Below are positions 1 to 14,859 of a stretch of DNA of 64,000 bases, piece after piece. Position 1 is the stretch's first letter, and each line of letters starts with the position of its first letter. Under the pieces are notes generated by a model. The model ran no database searches and was not told where the DNA came from. It worked only from the letters and a program-made list of their open reading frames with translations. The position numbers were made by a program, and so were the translations under genes. Origin of the DNA: Octopus vulgaris (lineage: Eukaryota); assembly GCA_951406725.2 (NCBI GenBank), contig OX597824.1, positions 23,374,001-23,438,000 of the forward strand, read 5' to 3'.

Positions 1-61
1 ATACAGGCAACTAGTTTACATGCGAATCTTAGTTGTGTGTATATTTGAAATCTAAAGGCTC

Positions 62-107
62 CCTACTGACGAAAACTAGCATCAGTAGTTAGAAACCATG
101 GTCTAGG
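62..107 (+). ncRNA. Minimal type I hammerhead ribozyme motif (Penelope-like)
   Basis: CCTA-CTGACGA-a-AACTA(gcatcag)TAGTT-a-GAAACCATGGTC-TAGG: core boxes, stem II, palindromic stem III (ACCATGGT), GUC cleavage triplet, stem I CCTA/TAGG. Confidence 0.7.
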
Positions 108-245
108 AACTAAATTAGATGGTAAACGTTTTTAATTTTCAATCCTTTCGAGAATTTATCCATAATTAGTGGTTTGAGTTGTTTACTGCTCTTTCTAGCA
201 CAAAGCTTTCCTATTTGGAAGCCTCTGAATGTGTTCTAATGTACA

Positions 246-287
<42 letters not shown>

Positions 288-289
<2 letters not shown>

Positions 290-676
290 TCTTTTACTTG
301 CCTCAGTCATTTGATTGTGGCCATGCTGGGGCACCGCCTTTAGTCGAGCAAATCGACCCCTGGACTTATTCTTTGTAAGCCCAGTACTTATTCTATCGGT
401 CTCTTTTGCCGAACCGCTAAATCAGGGGGACGAAAACACACCAGCATCGGTTGTCAAGCGATGTTGGGAGGGGACAAACGCAGACACACAACCATATACA
501 CACTCGTATATATATACGACGGGCTTCTTTCAGTTTCCGTCTACCAAATTCACACACAAGGCTTTGGTCGGCCCGAGGCTATAGTAGAAGACACTTGCCC
601 AAGGTGCCACGCAGTGGGATTGAACCCAGAACCATGTGGTTGGTAAGCAAGCTACTTACCACACAGCCACTCCTGC

Positions 677-679
<3 letters not shown>
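288..679 (-). mobile_element. SINE family A, full length (tRNA-like head, CORE-like segment, internal microsatellite, (GTAAAAGA)n tail)
   Basis: Reverse strand GGCGCAGGAGTGGCTGTGTGG (A box)...GGTTCAATCC (B box)...ACCTTGGGCAAGTGTCTT; near-identical to many other copies in the window. Confidence 0.9.
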
Positions 680-741
<62 letters not shown>

Positions 742-1269
742 ACTTAAAGATGGTTCGCAATTTAGCAAATATTTTAGTTATTGCAATTTACTATTAATAC
801 CGATACAATGTTTATTGGTTTAAATGTCTCTTGTTATAGTTTTAGTAAAGTTAGTGTTTAGTCCTGCCTATATATTGATAGATTGAAATAATGTGATTAT
901 TAAGGTTTTGCTTTTATATTATACTACGGAAGGCGGTAGGAATTATAATTTTGTATGACTTAATAGATTTGTCGCTGTTTAGTTACGTATTTAGGAGTGG
1001 TTGTAATTTACTTATGGAATTTATTTATCGATACGGTTGTACATTGAGTAAATGTGTTTAAAATTTGTGATTTCTTTGGTTTGTTTGTTCCTAAACAACA
1101 TTTATTTTAGTGCTATTGACACCTCCGGATTGAATGGTACTGCCCAGGTATCGAAACCATAATGATATCTGTGGGGCAGCTGATGATGGGCGAATGTTGG
1201 ACTGTTGGTATGGTTGTTTTTGTATATGTGGATTAGCATTATTGGATTGTCGGTATGACAGTGGAATAG

Positions 1270-1405
1270 TATTATAACACTAGTTTGACGCTCGGGAAAA
1301 TGCAAAATTCTTTTACGTTTCGAGCCCAAGCTCTTCAACAGAAAAGAATATAAGAAAATGAACAGAGAGAGAATGAAAAAAAAGAGAAACGTGTAGATTT
1401 ATCGG
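1270..1405 (-). mobile_element. Short Penelope-like terminal fragment with hammerhead motif (1307-1349)
   Basis: Minus strand TTTT-CTGTTGA-A-GAGC(ttgg)GCTC-GAAACGTA-AAAG; homologous to 47890-48070. Confidence 0.6.
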
Positions 1406-1430
1406 TCAAGCAAATTCACTCACACGTTGA

Positions 1431-1834
<404 letters not shown>

Positions 1835-2274
1835 GATACAGTGAGACTGAACCCGAAACAACATGGTTGCTAAGCAAACTTCCTAATTACATTGCAATGC
1901 CTGCTCCCAATGGTCAATTCTAGAACACACCTCCTCTTCATATACGCGTTGTAACTATTGCCTGAATATATGATTCAGAAAATCACTCAATAAACGGTTA
2001 TTCCAGATATTTTGAAATATTCACAGGTTAAAAGAGAAGTCGTAGATGCAGTGGTGTCGTAGGCACGCTTCGTATTTCTAACTTTCTAAGACTCGAAACA
2101 TTTAGAACAATATGATTTGTCTTGCTTCCATTTTCAGAGACTTATATGTTTTAAAGACACCCCCCCCCCCACAAAAAAGGAGAGAAAAAGAACCAAAAGC
2201 TTTGAAGTTATTTATTTTGCAAAACTAGATTCGTATTTGCTCTCACGCAATTATAACTTCTTTTTACATTCTCC

Positions 2275-2332
<58 letters not shown>

Positions 2333-3783
2333 TATATATATATGATATATATATATATATATATGATATATGTATATATATACGTATATATATATATAAA
2401 TGTATATATATATATATATATATATGTAAGTATATTGTATATATGTATAATATAACTATATATATGTGTGTGTGTGTGTGTATATATTATACCTATATTT
2501 ATACGTGTATGAATGGGTGGGTGGTTGAATGCGCATGTGTCTGTTCACGCGCGTGTGTGTGTATGTATATGTGCATATCTATCAATAGGTGGAGATGTGT
2601 GTGTATATGTATGTATGTATTATGTATTTATTTATGTATAAACGATCTATTTTTCTTTTCACTGCTTTTTTTCCTGACTTATGGACAACTAACTGATAAT
2701 TTATATACTCACAAACACACACACACACACACACCTAAACACGCATAAACACACTCACACAAACACACACGCACACAAACATACATACACGCACACACAG
2801 ACACACAGACACACAGACATTGGTTTTCTTTCATATTTGTCGCATACATATTCATGCAGTTTTGCACAACTTTATCTTCATCCTTTAAACCGTTGTTAGA
2901 CTTTTTTTTTTGCACATACTCACACACAGTTATAACATTTTTGTCCTTTATATTTTTTCTGATATCCTCCTACACATTTAAACATTTTTGTTGAAATTTT
3001 TTTCAGCCACCATTTTATATCGCTTTGCATGACCTTACACCTCCACCTCCACCTGGCACCTTCCTCTCCATTTTGTTATTTTTTATTCCAAATAACTGTT
3101 ATATTGTCAACCAATAAGATCTTTTTTTTCTTCTATCTTTCTCTCGTTCTCTCTCTCTCGATTTTCTTTCTTTTATTTTTTCTTTCTTTACTTATACCTG
3201 TTTTATCGAGTCAGCATTTGTTGTGATATTCAAACCTCTTTACTCTATGTCTATTCTATTATACACCATTTTTATGTTCGAATTTTTCGTACCAATAGAG
3301 AGAGCACCATTAGTTTCACGCTAGATTTCCTTCAGCGCGTGACATGGCGTTGAAGAAGGAGGAAAAGGAAAATTGGCGGAGGGGGAGGGGGGTTGGATGA
3401 GGAGAGAAGAAGAAGAAGACGGTAAAACTACATGGCATTTAAGAAGGGGGGGAGGAAGAAAACGAAAAGGTGAAGAGGGGGAGGAGGCGGACGGGGAGTG
3501 AAAAGTGTAAGTGGAAGGAAAGAAATTTTCTCTTCACAATTCTTAACGAAAGAAACCTTTACACATATTATTGAAACTAAATGTCTTCACGTCCCGACTT
3601 TCACGTGCTTTTCTATACTTGTGCGAATGTATGGGTGTGTCTGAAGGTGTAATGTGTGTTTGTGTGCTCTCTCTCTGTATCTGTATCTGTATATACATGT
3701 GTGTGTGTTTGTGTGTATGTCAACGTGCTAGAATATACTTCCATACACGCTTACATATATGGGTATATATACATGCATATGTG

Positions 3784-4014
3784 TTTCTTTATTGCCCACG
3801 AGGGGCTAAACATAGAGGGGACAAACAAGGACAGACAAACGGATTAAGTCGATTACATCGACCCCAGAGCGTAGCTGGTACTTAATTTATCGACCCCGAA
3901 AGGATGAAAGGCAAAGTCGACCTCGGCGGAATTTGAACTCAGAACGCAACGACAGACGCAATACCGCTTAGCATTTCGCCCGGTGTGCTAACGTTTCTGC
4001 CAGCTCGCCGCCTT
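3784..4014 (-). mobile_element. SINE family B (tRNA-like head + Nin/Deu-like domain), full length
   Basis: Minus strand AAGGCGGCGAGCTGGCAGAAACG...GAGTTCAAATTCC...GACTTTGCCTTTCATCCTTTCGGGGTCGATAAATTAAGTACC...AATAAAGAAA; many copies in the window. Confidence 0.9.
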
Positions 4015-4921
4015 CATATACATATATATACATACATATGGTCACTCGCATACGTGTGCCCGTGTGTATGTGTGTGACTGTGCGTGTGCGTGTGTGTGTG
4101 TTGTGTGTGTGTGTGTGTGTGTAATATCAGGTGATATATTTATCTGTATATGTGAATGTATAGACAAATACATGTCTATGTCTTCGATAGTCTTTAAGAG
4201 TTTATAGATGCGAAAACGCTTGTTAGGACGTTTGATGGCAGAATCGTTAAAATGTCAGACATTTCATCCGCTTCTGCGTTCAAATTACTCCGAGGCTGTA
4301 TGTATCTTTCATCTTTATGGGGCTCACTAAAATTTACCAATTTACTTTCATTAACCAAGGACCCGGATCGATTTCATCAATTATAAATCTCTAAGGTCGT
4401 CCAACGCTGTCTCTCACTTCGTTATGGTAACTCCAGTGTGGACATTGAGGCAACGCAATGTTGTGCCTCGCCCTCCCTTTAAAAGGAAACCATATCTGGT
4501 GTAGAGAAGAGAACTTCATTCCTGGCTAATTGCTTGCATTTGCATACAGCCCAAACCCAGCCTGCGCACTGAGAGGACACCTCAGTGTCTCCTCAGCACG
4601 TTCAGACAACACAGACTGAAGTAAGACATTCCAACAGCTGATCCAAACCAAAGAAGACACATAGAGAAATTCCTTCAAGAAACTCCGTGCAAACCACCGA
4701 AAATCCGATAAAATTCCGTTCCTTACTTGAGTGGAGGCTGTACTATTACAAAACATGGCTTCGCAGAGTGGTGCAGACTATTAAATTGGGTATTGAACAA
4801 CACTAGCAAAGGACCACACCTATGTCAGTTACCTGTTTGTATGTACATATGCACGTACGTTCGTATGAATGCGTATATACATACATACATACATACATAT
4901 ATATTTGTATATATATATATT

Positions 4922-4968
<47 letters not shown>

Positions 4969-5126
4969 GAGTAATTGAATGAATTATCTTATTGAGGATA
5001 ATTCGAAAGATAACCGATACCTGGGTAGCAAATTCACATCGGAATTAGGAATAGGCAGCCTTCGAAACATATGTTGAGAATAAAGGATATTTGTTAACTA
5101 GTCGTTCAACTCCATTCTTTCATATA

Positions 5127-5181
<55 letters not shown>

Positions 5182-5240
5182 GTTTGTTTGAAAGCGTATA
5201 TATATGTACATATACATATACATATATTTATATACGCAAC

Positions 5241-5973
5241 GTGGCTGTGTGGTAAGTAGCTTGCTTACGAACCACATGGTTCCGGGTTCAGTCCTACAGC
5301 GTGGCACCGTGGGCAAGTATCTTCTACTATAGCCTCGGGCCGACCAAAGCCTTGTGAGTGGATTTGGTAGACGGAAACTGAAAGAAGCCCGTCGTATATA
5401 TGTATATATGGATGTGTGTGTGTGTGTGTGTGTCTGTGTATGTTTCTGTGTCTGTATTTGTCCCCCCCAGCATCGCTTGACAACCGATGCTGATTTGTTT
5501 ACGTCCCCGTAACTTAGTGGGTCGGCATTAGAGACCGATATAATAAGTACTAGGCTTATATATATATATATACACGCACATATAGGCGCAGGAGTGGCTG
5601 TGTGGTAAGTAGCTTGCTAACCAACCACATGGTTCCGGGTTCTTGGGCAAGTGTCTTCTGCTAAAGCCCCGGGGCGACCAATGCCTTGTGAGTGGATTTG
5701 GTAGATGGAAACTGAAAGAAGCCTGTCGTATATATGTATATATATGTGTATGTGTGTGTGTATGTGTGTCTGTGTTTGTTCCCCTAGCATTGCTTGACAA
5801 CCGATGCTGGTGTGTTTACGTCCCTGTCACTTAGCGGTTCGGCAAAAAGAGACCGATAGAATAGGTACTGGGCTTACAAAAAAGAATAAGTCCCGGGGTC
5901 GAGTTGCTCGACTAAAGGCGGTGCTCCAGCATGGCCGCAGTCAAATGACTGAAACAAGTAAAAGAGAAAAGAG
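5241..5973 (+). mobile_element. Two tandem SINE A copies (5241-5555 truncated; 5585-5973 near full length)
   Basis: Direct match to family A. Confidence 0.88.
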
Positions 5974-5994
5974 TATACATGTACGCGGGTGAAC

Positions 5995-6025
<31 letters not shown>

Positions 6026-6504
6026 AGTGTGGGCATGACTATGGACGCGGATATTCCGTTCTGTGTATTAAGTTCGAATGTATACACGCATGTATACATG
6101 TATGCCTGCTTGTGTGTATTGAATCTGTGTATGTATGCATGTGTGTATGTATGTATGTATGTATGTATGTATGTATGTATGTATGTATAAATTTGTTTGA
6201 GCATGTATGTGTGTATGTATGCATGCATACACGCATATATGTATGTATGCTTACTTGTATGTATTTGTGTGTATGTTTGAATACATACATGTATGTATAA
6301 ATGCATGTGACTCGGTGTAACTATGTGTACGTATGTAGTTATCTGTGTGTGTTGCCACTAAGGAGGTGTTGATGAAGGAGGAGGAGGAGGGGGAATGTGT
6401 GGAGGTGGACCGTTTACGTGATCACACCTCGTTTGCACGTGACCCTGTATTGGATTGCTTCCGTCTAAGCCACAATCACGGCCATTGCACCACAACGAAA
6501 ACCT

Positions 6505-7287
6505 TCCTACCACCACCATGACAACCACCACCATGACAACCACCACCACCACCACCACCATCACCACCACCATCCCCGCCATAATACCACCAGTCACTAT
6601 ACAACAGTCACTACTTCCACCGTTCTACAAAATATAACCACTCCCTCCACTACCAACACCACCACCATCTTATCATCATCGCTACCACCACCACCACGAC
6701 TACCACTAGCATCCGGCAATCCCAACACCATCAAAATCACAACCACTATTACTGTCACCACTACCACCACCCTGATTGGCACAACCATCACCATCTTACA
6801 ACTCCCTCCACTGTCAACACCATCTCTGCCATCAGCACCACCACCGCCACTACCACCACCGCCACTACCACCACCACTGTGACCACTACCACCACCAAGT
6901 TAAATTTTATTATCCCACAAAGAAATCTTCCAGTTGCGTTTATCTCCAGTTTCGATCTTGCTTCTTGCCACGTGGTTATTTAACAACACGAAGAAGAAGA
7001 AGAAGAAGAAGAAGAAGAAGAAGAAGAAGAAGAAGAAGAAGAAGAAGAAGAAGAACAAGAACAAGAAGAAGAAGAAGAAGAAGAAGAAGAACAAGAAGAA
7101 CAAGAAGAAGAAGAAAAAGAAGAACAAGAACAAGAAGAAGAACAAGAACAAGAAGAAGAACAAGAAGAAGAAAGAGAAGAAGAAGAAGAAGAAGAAGAAG
7201 AAGAAAAAGAAAGAGAAGAAGAAGAAGAAGAAGAAGAAGAAGAAGAAGAAAGAAGAAGAAGAAGAAAGAGAAGAATAATAATAATAA

Positions 7288-7318
<31 letters not shown>

Positions 7319-8213
7319 AAGAAGAAGAAGAAGAAGAAGAAGAAGAAGAAGAAGAAGAAGAAGAAGAAGAAGAAGAAGAAGAAGAAGAAGAAGAAGAAGA
7401 AGAAGAAAAAGAAGAAGAAGAAGAAGAGGAGAAGAAGAAGAAGAAGAGGAAGAAGAAGAAGAAGGAGAAATAGTAGAAGAAGAAGAAAGGGGAAAAGAAG
7501 AAGAAGAAGAAGAAAGGAAAGAAGAAGAAGAAGAAGAAAAAAGAGAAGAAGAAGAAAGAAAAGAAAAAGAAGAAGAAGAAGAAAGAGGAGAAGAAGAAGA
7601 AGAAGAAGAGGAAGAAGAAGAAGAAGGAGAAATAGTAGAAGAAGAAGAAAGGGGAAAAGAAGAAGAAGAAGAAAGAGAAGTAGAAGAAGAAGAACAACAA
7701 CAACAACAACAACAAAAACGGTGACGATGACCACCACCACAACAACAAATCTAATTAGGTTTTTGAATGTCTGAATGAAATTTTGATGAAAGAGAAGGTA
7801 AGAGTGAGCGAGTATGAGAGAGAGAGGAAGCATTGTAACAGGAAATTATGTGGGGGACAACTGGAGCAGAATAAGGATGATCACGATGACGACGACGACG
7901 ACGAGGAGGATGATGATGATGATGATGACGATTATGATGATGACGACTATGATGTCGATGATGTCGATGATGACGACGACGACGACGACGACGATGATGA
8001 TGATGATGATGATGACGATATTGATGACGATATTGATGATGATAGCGATGATGATGATGATGGCGATGATGATGATGGTAGTGGCTGTGGCTGTGGCGGC
8101 GGTGATAGTGGTGCTTGTAGTAGTAACAGTAGTACTAGTAGCAGCAGTTTTAGTAGTGCCTGTAGTAGTAGTAGTACTAGTAGTAGTAGCAGTAGCAGCA
8201 GCAGTGGTAGTAT

Positions 8214-8258
<45 letters not shown>

Positions 8259-8340
8259 CAGCAGCAGCATTAGTAGTGTTGGTGGTTGTAGTAACTGTAG
8301 TGGTTGAAGTGGTGGTGGTTGTAGTATTGGTGTGCATAGC
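6505..8340. repeat. Compound trinucleotide microsatellite field: (ACC)n, about 700 bp (GAA)n, (GAT/GAC)n, (AGT)n
   Basis: Seen directly; explains the poly-R/K/D/S ORFs. Confidence 0.97.
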
Positions 8341-9102
8341 TATTGTTGTTATTGTTGCAGTCGTTTGTTTATGTTAATTCCCAGAACAATTCTCATCCAG
8401 CAGAGCTATGTTGCAAGACAATCTAACCGTAACCAACACCTCTTTTCTTAACACATATTGTAGCTAAGACTTAACTTTCCCTATCATCATCATCATCATC
8501 ATCATCAACACGTTTTTTATTATCCATCCCCACCACTCTTGAGTCTCATCATTAAATTATTGGGTCCATGGCCGCAGTCCAATTACATGGCCGCCGTCCA
8601 ATTACATGGCCGAAGCCTAATTACTGAAACAAAGGACAAACGATATAAAAAGGACCACCTGTGGATTCTTCTGCAAATATCCGTTAACGTTAAACACGCA
8701 GTGTTCCCTATCGAACGGTTACGGCAAGGGAGATAATTATTTCTTCCTAATATTTGGTGGGATTAGAAATTTGAATTTGAAATTAATATGCAAAACCATT
8801 ATTTTAAATACATTCAAATACAGGCACGAATTTCTTTATAGTAACTTATAGTGCTGCTTCTGAATTAAAAAAAATAATCTATTGAGAGATATATACGTGC
8901 AGGTATGGTTGGGAAGAAATTTGTTTCTCAGCTGTACGATATCCTGTTCAGTCCCAATGCGTGTCCCCGTGACGAAGCCTCATCAGTAGATTTGGTGAAC
9001 GGAAACTGGAAGCGGGCAGCGGTATGTATGTATGTATGTATGTACGTATGTATGTATGTATGTATGTATGTATGTATGTATGTATGTATGTATGTATGTA
9101 TG

Positions 9103-9160
<58 letters not shown>

Positions 9161-9260
9161 TATATATATATATGTATATATAGGAACTGAAACATGTTAT
9201 AATGTATATATAAAAATTAAAAATTGTATAATACAGCAGCATTTTCGAACTTCATTTTTT

Positions 9261-9320
<60 letters not shown>

Positions 9321-9326
9321 GTATAT

Positions 9327-9872
<546 letters not shown>

Positions 9873-9894
9873 TGTATATATATGTATATATATG

Positions 9895-9949
<55 letters not shown>

Positions 9950-9952
<3 letters not shown>

Positions 9953-10645
9953 AGAAATATATTTTATAAAGAAAATAGAAACTACACGTGGAAAAGATAT
10001 GGGGAAAGAAAGAAGAAGAAAAGCGAAAATGCACATTGGATATCAAACAGTAATGATAAATATATACAATTAGATGAACGGAGGTAGAATTAAGAGGAAT
10101 AAAAGTCATTATTAGGAATTTTTAAAGGGATTCAATGTCATACCGGTTTCGTCAATTACTGTTCACTGGCTTTGAATGCGCACCAATTACCAAATGGTGT
10201 TGGGTCTACTAGTCCTGGAGTAAAAAGATTATGTGTAATGGAGGTAAGTAGTTCTGGATGTGGTGCAGTTAGGGGAGATATAACACTGTAATATGAATGG
10301 TGTATGGGATGTATGCGAGTTAGTGGTATTACTGGTAAGATTAGTATTGTTCTGTATTGTGTTGTGTTCATGTTAAGTTGTGGATGGAAAGTATTGATGA
10401 AAGTTGCCTCTTAGTTCATTCTTTACTGTACTGAGGTGTTCTGTGAACATTGATAGAAAGGGAAAATTGGGAAGTTAGGATTTAGGTCCCTAGCACACCT
10501 TTCTATGTGTTCACTGACCTGTATCTGTCTGTATGGCGGACTTGTTCTTTGTGCTGCTTCGACGGTGTGATATTCCTGTTTGGCCAATATATTGATTACC
10601 GCACCCTAAGCAGGTAATAGCATATATTAGGTTTTCCGGGGCAAT
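9950..10645 (-). mobile_element. Penelope-like element 3' remnant: GIY-YIG endonuclease fragment plus 3' terminal region
   Basis: Minus-strand translation NLIYAITCLGCGNQYIGQTG (GIY-YIG with CxxC) then EHIERC...FYQC...E.TFINTFHPQLN; degenerate hammerhead half GAAACCGGTA at 10141-10150; frameshifts and stops. Confidence 0.8.
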
Positions 10646-11545
10646 TACATACATACATGGATAGATAGATATATACATACATACATAGATAGATAAATAG
10701 ATTGATAGATAGACAGATAGATAGATACATACATACATACACACATACATACATACATACATACATGGATAGATAGGTAGATTGATAGAAAGACAGATAG
10801 ATAGATACATACATACATACATACATACATACACATACATAAATACATGGATAGATAGATAAATAAATAGATTGATAGAAAGACAGATAGATAGATAGAT
10901 ACTACATACATATATACATACATACATGCATACATACATACATACATACACACATACATACATACATACATACTACATACATACATACATATATACATAC
11001 ATTGATAGATGGATAGATAGATAATGAAAAAGGGATTGAAGGAGAAAGAGGAAGAAGAAAGAAAGTAGAAGAACTTATATAAAGAGATTGATAGTGGGAC
11101 AAAGAGAGAACTACAAGTGTACAAACCCACAAACATATACACATATACAGACACACAAGAAGTTAGGGAAACAGAGGGCGCTGGCTTCGAGATGGCGAAA
11201 TGGAGGGAAATATTTGGATTGTAATAATCAATTGGGATGTTTTGGAAGGAAAAGAACGAAGTCGCTATTGATTTATCGATCGGAATCACATGGTATAAGA
11301 CGGAACGTGGACTAAAATATATAGATTCTGGGACGTATTCTAATCCTGGGCCCAATATTATTGATAGTGAATGGAGAGGGATAAATGTATGCACGTGTGA
11401 GTGTGGATATCCGTGTATACGAATATGTGTATGTATGTATGTATGTATGTATGTATGTATGTATGTATGTATGTATGTATGTATGTATGTATGTATGTGT
11501 GTATGAATGTATGTATGTATGTATGTATGTTTGTATGTATTTATG

Positions 11546-11627
<82 letters not shown>

Positions 11628-12023
11628 TGTGTTAGTGCTAATGAGGTAGAAGGGAATACTTGAAACCGAAAGTAGAATGCAGATAATTTAATTCGGTCAG
11701 CTGAAATAAAATAGCTTTAGCTGACCCAATTATATACACAAGCGTACACACACGCACACGCACGCACACACACATGTATATATGCATATAAGTATGAATA
11801 TTCCATATGGCCCTCACTCATTCATAACACACACACACAAACCACATAGATAAATATTTCATATATATATATACTTATTTATATACATGGTGACATACAT
11901 ATATAGGCATATTAATATATGTATATATATTTATAAGGAATTTGATATGTATATGTATATGTATTTAATGCACGTATGTATATTTGGATACACACACACA
12001 TATATATACATATATATTCTCTT

Positions 12024-12083
<60 letters not shown>

Positions 12084-12502
12084 ATAGTTTAGATTGTACG
12101 TAAGCCTAATTGTTTTTCGATACGTATTTATGGAGCAATTTCTGCAAACTGTTACATAAAAAAATCTCAATGTATAAACATATGAAAATATATATATAAA
12201 CACCCAGACACACACACACACAGACACACACACACATACACACACACACACACACACACATACATGCACATATACATACATACATACATAATTACATGTA
12301 CTATATATATATGTGTATGTGTAAGTGTGTGTCTGTGTATATATATATAATATATGTATGTATGTATATATATATATATATATATATACACGTATACATA
12401 TGCATATATATATGTACATATATGTATATATGCATATATATACATATATAGATATAATTATATGTATAAATATATATATGGATATGTATCTATAAACACA
12501 CA

Positions 12503-12550
<48 letters not shown>

Positions 12551-12734
12551 TATAAACATATATATCAATATATATATATATGTATGTTTATATATATATA
12601 TATATATATACATACATACTTACATATATACATACATACATACACACACATACGTATGTCTCATGCTCATATGTGCATGCATACACATATAGATGTATAT
12701 ATGCATATATATGTATATTATAATTTCGTTTTAT

Positions 12735-12965
12735 TCTGTTGTGTCTGGGGAGGGGCATTCTCTTTTGGTGCCTTATAATTTAACACACTCACCGATAACA
12801 TTTCCTCATTTCTTATTTTATGTTTCTAAAATTTTCGTGCGTCTTGCAACATTTTCAATAGATATAAGGCCCAAAAAGAGAATGACTCTCCTCAGACACA
12901 ACAGAATATGCTTCAACACACCAACTCACATAAAGAACCTTGCAAACCAAATCTAAAAACGAAAT
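12735..12965. mobile_element. Unclassified short repeat with internal inverted segment; related to 36468-36830
   Basis: Shared motifs GTCTG.GGAG.G.CATTCTCTTTT...CACTCACCG...GCGTCTTGCAAC and inverted AAAGAGAATGACTCTCCTCAGACAC. Confidence 0.6.
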
Positions 12966-13186
12966 TTCGTTTTAATTCTCGATTTATTGTTACTGAAGGA
13001 AGCGCTGGTTTCTAACCTAGATCTAAGTCTCCTTCATTGGAATGTCGATATCATCAGCAGTGTAATTCTACAGGTTTATGCATATGTGTCTAAGTATTTG
13101 GAGTCAGTGCTTGTACGGATCTATTTACTTTGCTTTATGTAGGTATACTTACGTAGGCGCAGTTGTGTCTGTGTGGTAAGAAGCTT

Positions 13187-14095
13187 GGTGTGTTACTCCT
13201 TGCTCCCCCATTGGAGGTAGAGAAGAAGCAGCTGGAAACCTCCTCGAAAAAAGGAAGAAAAAGAAAGGTGGTTGCCCACCGGAGGACCGGAGGGCTGCGG
13301 GAGGAAGGGAGGTCCCGCCGGACAAAGCAGAAGAACACCACCCTACAGTAATCCCAGGGAAAAAAAGAAGAAAAAAAGAAAAGCAGGACATTGCCGGCGG
13401 TTTGTGACACACTGCCGACGTGTCCCGATGCTCTTTCGGCGAGTGTGCCACCGTAGGAGCAATTTGTGGTCCTTTTTCACAAGGGAGGGACACTGCAGAA
13501 CTTGGTTAAGAAATTGGAAAGGAAAGGCCGGTGGGGGGGGGCTTCTGTCCTGCACGGAGAACCCTGAGTGGCCTTCGCAGGCGGCTGCGGAGGTCATATG
13601 GGAAACCGATCTGTGCAGGATAATGAATTCCTTCCGAACGGACTCCTTTAGATATATGACCAAGTGGCCCGGCTTGTAACCGACTAGCTGCTTCGAAGAA
13701 GCGAGGAGCCTGGTCGGCCAGAAGAGCTGAATTCTTGTAATATTTGTGTAAGAGGTGTATTGCTTCAAAAGACCTTTATACTGCAAAAAAGTAAGAGGAT
13801 TATTGCCTCGTTAATGTGTTGTTTTTTTTTCTTTTCTTACAGAACTGTGTAAGAGGTTTATTGCCCCCAGTCTGTTATTTTAAAAAGAACAATGTTTTAG
13901 AGAAGCAAAAGTCGGCGGGCGCTTTCATCTTCTCCCATCCTTATCATCCTTGTATCATTATCATTCATCTCATTAATGCCCGTGTCCAGCCCGCAAGCTT
14001 CCCTACTCTGTGTGCTGCTCTTGTAGCAAATTTAATGAAATAAAGAATCTGGGTGTGTCTGTGTGGCAAGAAGGCGGCGAGCCTTCTTACCACAC
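13187..14095 (+). mobile_element. Unclassified GC-richer element, possibly a non-autonomous L1/Tx1 derivative, ending in AATAAAGAA plus a 16-bp hairpin
   Basis: Composition break, broken lysine-rich frame, AAATAAAGAA end, terminal TGTGTGGCAAGAAGGC-GGCGA-GCCTTCTTACCACACA. Confidence 0.4.
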
Positions 14096-14195
14096 AAAGG
14101 GGTTAAGTCGATTTTATAATTTATATATACATACATAGGATGAAAAGAATGTGAACCGCACCCCTTCGTTATTTTTTTTGTTTTCGAGTACTGAG

Positions 14196-14515
14196 ATGTA
14201 ATCGACTTAACCCCTTTGTCTGTCCTTGTTTGTCCCCTCCATGTTTAGCCTCTTGTGGGCAATAAAGAAATAAGAAGGCGGCGAGCTGGCAGAAACGTTA
14301 GCACGCCGGGCGAAATGCTTAGCGGTATTTCGTCTGCCGCTACGTTCTGAGTTCAAATTCCGCCGAGGTCGACTTTGCCTTTCATCCTTTCGGGGTCGAT
14401 TAAATATGTACCAGTTACGCACTGGAGTCGATATAATCGACTATATCCGTTTGTCTGTCCTTGTTTGTCCTCTCCGTGTTTAGTTCCTTGTGGGCAGTAA
14501 ATAAATAGGTATTTG
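14196..14515 (+). mobile_element. SINE B dimer (3' half fused to a full copy)
   Basis: Tail AATAAAGAAATAAG joined directly to head AAGGCGGCGAGCTGG. Confidence 0.85.
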
Positions 14516-14522
14516 TGTATTT

Positions 14523-14689
14523 AGGGACATAAACACACCAACATCGGTTGTCAAGCGATGGTGGGAGGACAAGCACAGATACAAAACCACATACACATAA
14601 ATGTGTACAAATATATATATATACATATATATGACGGGCTTCTTTCAGCTTCCGTCTACCAAATCCACTCACAAGGCTTTGGTCGGCCT
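14523..14689 (-). mobile_element. SINE A internal fragment
   Basis: Match to family A body. Confidence 0.8.
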
Positions 14690-14732
14690 GACATCGTCAT
14701 TATCATCATCAACATCTTCGTCGTCGTCGTCG

Positions 14733-14784
<52 letters not shown>

Positions 14785-14859
14785 TATCATCATCATCATC
14801 ATCAAGAACAACAACAGCAACATTAGCACAACAATTCATCATCACCACTAACACCGAAG

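Noticed and set aside
4385-4830. Unique-looking GC-richer segment as a coding exon
   Set aside because: No recognisable domain or consistent frame; more likely an old LINE 5' region but not assignable
6776-8377. Long poly-R/K/F/D/S ORFs (up to 332 aa)
   Set aside because: Stop-free translations of trinucleotide microsatellites, open in several frames on both strands
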